Shown one piece after another: positions 59,917 through 64,000 of a DNA stretch of 64,000 nt. The first letter of the stretch is position 1; each line of letters begins with the position of its first letter. Below the pieces are notes generated by a model. That model had not been told where the DNA came from, made no database searches, and was given only the letters and a program-made list of their open reading frames with translations. The translations under genes and the position numbers were made by a program. The DNA is from Candidatus Poribacteria bacterium (GTDB lineage Bacteria > Poribacteria > WGA-4E > JAJDTR01), in assembly GCA_965222225.1 (NCBI GenBank), contig CBDCTK010000002.1, forward strand, positions 4,680,643 to 4,744,642, written 5' to 3'.

Positions 59917-61131
59917 CTATACTCCGCTTGACATATGCTCTAATCCGATATAAACGTCGCTTGAGTCGATTTGGTTAACGTTTGCACTACGTCGAACATT
60001 TTGTGCAATTTCTCCGAGTGTTCCAACCTCCCACCCCTCCGGAATCTTCCCCAACGGCGAATCTTGAAAAGCAGAAGGGAATATGGTGGCGGTTTCCGCG
60101 TCCATGCCAACGGGCTCCCGCCCCTCCATCTTTGCCCGCACGGGATCTAAATCCACAAACCACGACTTGAAGATTGCCTTTGCCATCGCCTCCAGCGTCT
60201 CGTTCATCTGCCGATTAAGTTCGATCTTGTCGTCAAGTGAGCCTAGGATGTTGGCAATCCGGCGTTGCTCAGGAAGAGGTGGTAATGCAACAAGAAAAGA
60301 TTCAATGTGCGCTTTGGTAAGCGCTTTTCTTGTCCCTCCAGAATCGTGACCTAGCACGTAGGCTTTAACCCGCGGAGCACTCAAGTATTTTTGAAGGAAA
60401 GTGCTATTTAACCTATCAGAAGTTCGTATAACGGCAACATGTTGATTCACTCTCGCTGGTAGGGTCCATTTTGGAACAACGCAGCAACGAGCAACTGAAT
60501 CTCCTGTGATGTTCAAAAGCACATCATCTTCTTGTATATCTACCCGCCGTAATTTATATGCTGCAGATTCATCAATGTGGGCTAATCCATCTCTACTGAA
60601 TTCATGATCGTAGACGTTTTGGCTACGGATCAAACTCACTCCTTCCGATTTATAGACGTTCTTCCCGCCTCTAGGCGTCGCGCCAGTGCTTATAAATGAC
60701 GTTACGTCCGCTAAACGAACAACCTCCCAACCGGTAGGCGGCGCTCCTAGGGGTAGTGATTTTAACAATAGCTCATTTATTTTGGCACTTTGATTCTGGG
60801 TATTTTTTGAATTCGTGCATTCACCTGCAGTCTTCGCTTGGCGTATTACCTCATATTCCTCAGCAATCACGTGCTTGAACCCATCTGATAGCACATGCCA
60901 ATCTAACACATCAACCCGAATTGGAAGGTCGGATTCCTCGAATGCCTCTTTCAACTGACGCATGCGCCTTAGGCTGAACGGCTCACTACCGACAACTGCA
61001 AGATCTAGGTCTGAATAATCCTTTGCTGTCCATGTCATCCGTGATCCATAGGCGCGAACCTCGCATTCGGGGGCATGTTCCGTCAGTATGCGTTGAACTG
61101 TTTCAAGATATTTGGGATTAAGGTCAATCAT
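59917..61131 (-). CDS. hsdS: Type I R-M specificity subunit HsdS (truncated in TRD2) with an in-frame N-terminal MNT-type nucleotidyltransferase domain
   Basis: aa 1-98 are a minimal nucleotidyltransferase (…[24 protein letters not shown]…VDVLDWH…). From ~aa 120 it is HsdS (…[18 protein letters not shown]…, central conserved …[44 protein letters not shown]…). It ends ~45 aa into the second TRD. The start overlaps the hsdM stop (ATGA). Confidence 0.65.
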   Translation of the reverse strand: MIDLNPKYLETVQRILTEHAPECEVRAYGSRMTWTAKDYSDLDLAVVGSEPFSLRRMRQLKEAFEESDLPIRVDVLDWHVLSDGFKHVIAEEYEVIRQAKTAGECTNSKNTQNQSAKINELLLKSLPLGAPPTGWEVVRLADVTSFISTGATPRGGKNVYKSEGVSLIRSQNVYDHEFSRDGLAHIDESAAYKLRRVDIQEDDVLLNITGDSVARCCVVPKWTLPARVNQHVAVIRTSDRLNSTFLQKYLSAPRVKAYVLGHDSGGTRKALTKAHIESFLVALPPLPEQRRIANILGSLDDKIELNRQMNETLEAMAKAIFKSWFVDLDPVRAKMEGREPVGMDAETATIFPSAFQDSPLGKIPEGWEVGTLGEIAQNVRRSANVNQIDSSDVYIGLEHMSSGV

Positions 61132-62738
61132 TGTGTGCTTTTATGCCCGAACATTCTCAGACTATGCCCAATTGCCTCGTCCTGTCGTCTTGCCTCTGCC
61201 ATCTGATCCGCCAGTCGTTCCGTCAAGAGGGCTATTTTCTCCTCAAACGGCTCGTCATCGTCCTCCTGAGCCTCGGCGCCGACGTAACGTCCGGGGGTCA
61301 ACACATTTCCGTGCTCGTGTATCTCTTCCAAGCTGGTGCTCTTGCAGAAACCCGGGATGTCCGAATATTCACCCGCTCCCTCGTCGCTGCGCCAAGCGTG
61401 ATAGGTGCTGGCAATGCGGGTTACGTCTTCTTCACTGAGTTCCCGGTGCACACGGTCAATCATGGCGCCGAGTTTCCGGGCGTCAATGAACAGCGTTTCC
61501 TTCCTCCGCTTTCGAAAACGAGAATCCTCTTTATTTCGAGCGAGAAACCAAAGGCACACGGGTATCTGCGTCGAATAGAACAGTTGCCCCGGCATCGCGA
61601 CCATGCAATCGACCAAGTCGGCTTCAATGATATTCTTGCGGATTTCGCCCTCGCTGGTAGTGTTGGAACTCATCGAACCGTTTGCCAGCACGAATCCGGC
61701 GATGCCATCGGGCGCGAGGTGATGGATGAAGTGTTGTACCCACGCAAAGTTGGCGTTTCCTGTTGGAGGCACCCCGTAAACCCAGCGCCTGTCCTCACGC
61801 AGTCGCTCGCCTCCCCAGTCGCTGCTATTGAACGGCGGATTGGCGAGGATGTAATCAACTTTCAGGTCGGGATGAAGTTCGCGGTGAAAACTATCGGCGT
61901 GCTCAACCCCAAGATTGGCGTCAATGCCGCGAATGGCGAGGTTCATCTGCGCCAGTTGCCAAGTGGTCGGGTTGGACTCCTGTCCGAAGATTGAGATATC
62001 GTCGCGTCCTCCGCCGTGCGCTTCAACAAAGGCTTCACTTTGGACGAACATGCCGCCCGACCCACAGCACGGGTCGTGCACTCGTCCTTTGTAGGGCGCA
62101 AGCATCTCCACCAGCACCCCCACCACGCAGCGTGGCGTGTAGAACTGGCCGCCTCTCTTGCCTTCTGCGCTGGCAAATTGTGAGAGAAAGTATTCGTAAA
62201 CCCTACCCAAGATGTCCTTCGATCGATTCTCCTCCTCTCCCAAACCGATTGTGCCAATCAGGTCAACTAGCTCGCCAAAGCGACGTTTGTCAAGCATCGG
62301 GCGGGCGAAGTTCTTTGGCAGAACACCTTTAAGACGAGGGTTCTCTCCTTCAATGGCACCCATGGCTTTGTCAACTAGCGTGCCTATTTCCGGTGTTTTG
62401 GCGCGGGCTTGCAGATAGGACCAGCGTGCTTCTGTCGGGACGTAGAAGATGTTTTCCGCAAGGTATTCATCTCGGTCTTCCACAAACTCGTAACGAAAGG
62501 ATTCTTCTTCAAGATAATATTCACTCTCAGAATTAGCGGATTGTTTAAGTAGAAAAGCGTGTCGTTCCTCAAAACGGTCCGAGATGTACTTGAGGAAAAT
62601 CAACCCCAATACGACGTGTTTGTATTCCGCGGCATCAAGATTGTTGCGGAGCTTGTCGGCGGCTTGCCACAAGGTGGCTTCAAAACCGAGCGTCGCCCCG
62701 TTTCCGTTTGGTTTTGACTTTCTCTTGTTTCTTGCCAT
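61128..62738 (-). CDS. hsdM: Type I R-M N6-adenine DNA methyltransferase subunit
   Basis: HsdM N-terminal helical domain, SAM motif I (…[13 protein letters not shown]…), and catalytic motif IV NPPF (…[14 protein letters not shown]…); 536 aa. Confidence 0.9.
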   Translation of the reverse strand: MARNKRKSKPNGNGATLGFEATLWQAADKLRNNLDAAEYKHVVLGLIFLKYISDRFEERHAFLLKQSANSESEYYLEEESFRYEFVEDRDEYLAENIFYVPTEARWSYLQARAKTPEIGTLVDKAMGAIEGENPRLKGVLPKNFARPMLDKRRFGELVDLIGTIGLGEEENRSKDILGRVYEYFLSQFASAEGKRGGQFYTPRCVVGVLVEMLAPYKGRVHDPCCGSGGMFVQSEAFVEAHGGGRDDISIFGQESNPTTWQLAQMNLAIRGIDANLGVEHADSFHRELHPDLKVDYILANPPFNSSDWGGERLREDRRWVYGVPPTGNANFAWVQHFIHHLAPDGIAGFVLANGSMSSNTTSEGEIRKNIIEADLVDCMVAMPGQLFYSTQIPVCLWFLARNKEDSRFRKRRKETLFIDARKLGAMIDRVHRELSEEDVTRIASTYHAWRSDEGAGEYSDIPGFCKSTSLEEIHEHGNVLTPGRYVGAEAQEDDDEPFEEKIALLTERLADQMAEARRQDEAIGHSLRMFGHKSTQ

Positions 62739-62958
62739 TCAGTTATCCTCGTGCACAATTTGTGACGCCGGACGGGTGTCTCCCGTTGAAGTCATGCTAC
62801 CGCCAACTCTACCCTTTCACCGTACCACGACACCTTCCTAGAAATGGAGGCACACTTCACAACACTTAGAGCCTGTTTGAATAATCGGTGGCAAAGCCAT
62901 TTTGGTCATTTGTAGAAAGTTTCTTCATGTTTTCATTGTTGGCTGCTACATACCTATG

Positions 62959-63099
62959 GGATCCCTATCGCACTCGCTATCCACTCGCTTGAGCGCTGCT
63001 GGCGCTTTCAAAGGCTGGTAGGATTTCTATCGCGCTCATTATTCATTCGCTTGATCGCAGGGGATCTCTATCGCAGTCATTATTCATTCCTTTGATCGC
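62959..63099. repeat. Three imperfect direct copies of a ~38-bp unit (GGATCYCTATCGCRSTC…CGCTTGATCGC) upstream of hsdM
   Basis: Copies at 62959-62996, 63021-63058 and 63062-63099; the last two are separated by only 3 nt. A separate short duplication CACATAATGT-CACATAATGT lies at ~63172-63192. Confidence 0.6.
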
Positions 63100-63302
63100 A
63101 CCCTACAAACTATGTCATCGTCCGCGGCGGTTAGAAACCAGCAATCTTTACGCTTCCATTGCCATATTTCCTCACATAATGTCACATAATGTCACAATTT
63201 TTTAATTTATCTTATCGCGCTAAGATCCTGTTTGAAAAAGAAGAAAGTTGTCTGAAGGGTTGATGATTACGTTTACTCATTGGAGCAGTTCATTCTGAAC
63301 CA

Positions 63303-64000
63303 ATGAAAGGAGTAAACATCAACCGCACGAGTTATCCCAGTGATTTGACCGATACACAGTGGGAGAAACTGTTACCATTTCTGCCAACACCTCAACCCTT
63401 AGGCAGACCTCTCAAGTGGGAGATGTGTTTAATCATCAACGCCATCTTTTATGTCGTCAAGTCCGGTTGTCAGTGGCGAATGCTACCCCATGATATGCCA
63501 CCGTGGCAAACCGTCTACTACCGTTTCAGAAAGTGGAAAGCCGACGATACATGGCTCTTGATTCATCAGGCACTTCACGAACAAACACGTTGCGATGCTG
63601 GCAAAGAACCATCACCGACAGCAGCTATCATCGACAGCCAATCCGTTAAGACGACGGAATTAGCGGCGACTAGAGGATTTGATGGTCACAAGAGAGTCAA
63701 AGGACGCAAACGACATCTAGTAACTGATACGATAGGTGTTCCATTGATAGTCAAAGTCACTGACGCCAATGTCAGTGACAATCAGATAGCTATTGAATTA
63801 CTAACAGAAGTGTTTAGCTGGTACATAACAATTCAGTTGGTGTGTGCCGATGCTGCCTATCGCGGAGAATTAGAAGACTGGTTATATCTAGCTCATCAGT
63901 GTCAACTGGAGATTGCATCTACGCTAGGGCAGCAGGGGTTTGAAGTTGTCCCGTTACGATGGATTGTTGAACGCACATTTTCTTGGCTTGGCTGGTTTCG
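63303..64000 (+). mobile_element. IS5-family DDE transposase gene (3' end outside the window)
   Basis: Translation from ATG 63303: MKGVNINRTSYPSDLTDTQWEKLLPFLPTPQPLGRPLKWEMCLIINAIFYVVKSGCQWRMLPHDMPPWQTVYYRFRKWKADDTWLL…. This is the characteristic IS5/IS427-group N-terminal region, and it continues to the DDE region (…IIDSQSVKTTE…). Confidence 0.8.

Noticed and set aside
62959-63099. Possible CRISPR array (direct repeats of ~38 bp)
   Set aside because: There are only three imperfect copies with irregular spacing (24 nt and 3 nt), no unique spacers of uniform length and no cas genes. It was scored as a generic tandem repeat or regulatory region instead.
1-64000. tRNA, rRNA or tmRNA genes
   Set aside because: I scanned the intergenic regions (1422-1610, 2583-2962, 3629-3836, 11598-12013, 29508-29884, 39103-39466, 43919-44192, 45060-45326, 48279-48905, 62739-63302) for T-loop-like GGTTCGAATCC/GTTCRANTC boxes and acceptor-stem symmetry. 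None was recognised, and the scan cannot be exhaustive without tRNAscan or Infernal.

Overview
This is about 64 kb of a Gram-negative bacterial chromosome with GC content near 50%. Sigma-54 with lptCAB and lpxL point to an outer membrane, and a T9SS-type C-terminal sorting domain on a giant secreted protease suggests an FCB-group or related candidate-phylum lineage. All calls come from reading the supplied six-frame ORFs and the nucleotides by eye against remembered family motifs; no database search was possible.

The first ~50 kb is mostly housekeeping:
- a pterin (BH4-like) gene trio: tandem-duplicated PTPS, folE and an SDR
- two tandem CNNM/CorC transporters beside a Hanks-type Ser/Thr kinase
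- aroK-aroB, nadB, valS, gltX-glnS, htpG
- a classic lptC-lptA-lptB-rpoN-hpf cluster followed by a sugar-permease-less regulatory PTS (EIIA-Man, hprK, HPr, EI)
- orphan ureE-ureF-ureG accessory genes with no ureABC or ureD
- a 1483-aa secreted S8 subtilase carrying FN3 domains, an FG-GAP beta-propeller and a T9SS sorting domain
- a small accessory patch: lipoprotein, VOC fusion, DUF123/GIY-YIG-like protein, AAC(3)-family acetyltransferase

The most interesting region is the 3' end, 50.5-64 kb. It is a Type I restriction-modification locus, hsdM - MNT::hsdS (hsdS is split) - [insert] - hsdR, all on the minus strand. The hsdS-hsdR interval carries four inserted genes:
- a 337-aa unknown protein
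- a 725-aa cytoplasmic histidine-kinase-like protein that also has an N-terminal Hsp90/MutL/MORC-type GHKL ATPase module
- a translationally coupled receiver-domain protein with an uncharacterised ~250-aa C-terminal domain
- an ABC-type (AAA_15/21-like) ATPase

I interpret this as a candidate phosphorelay-controlled anti-phage or abortive-infection module that I do not recognise. The island is bordered by tandem 38-bp repeats and a partial IS5-family transposase.

At least five genes appear split by single frameshifts: an HD hydrolase, the VOC fusion, AAC(3), the AAA ATPase and hsdS. This indicates either pseudogenisation or indel sequencing errors.

No rRNA, tRNA or CRISPR arrays were recognised.
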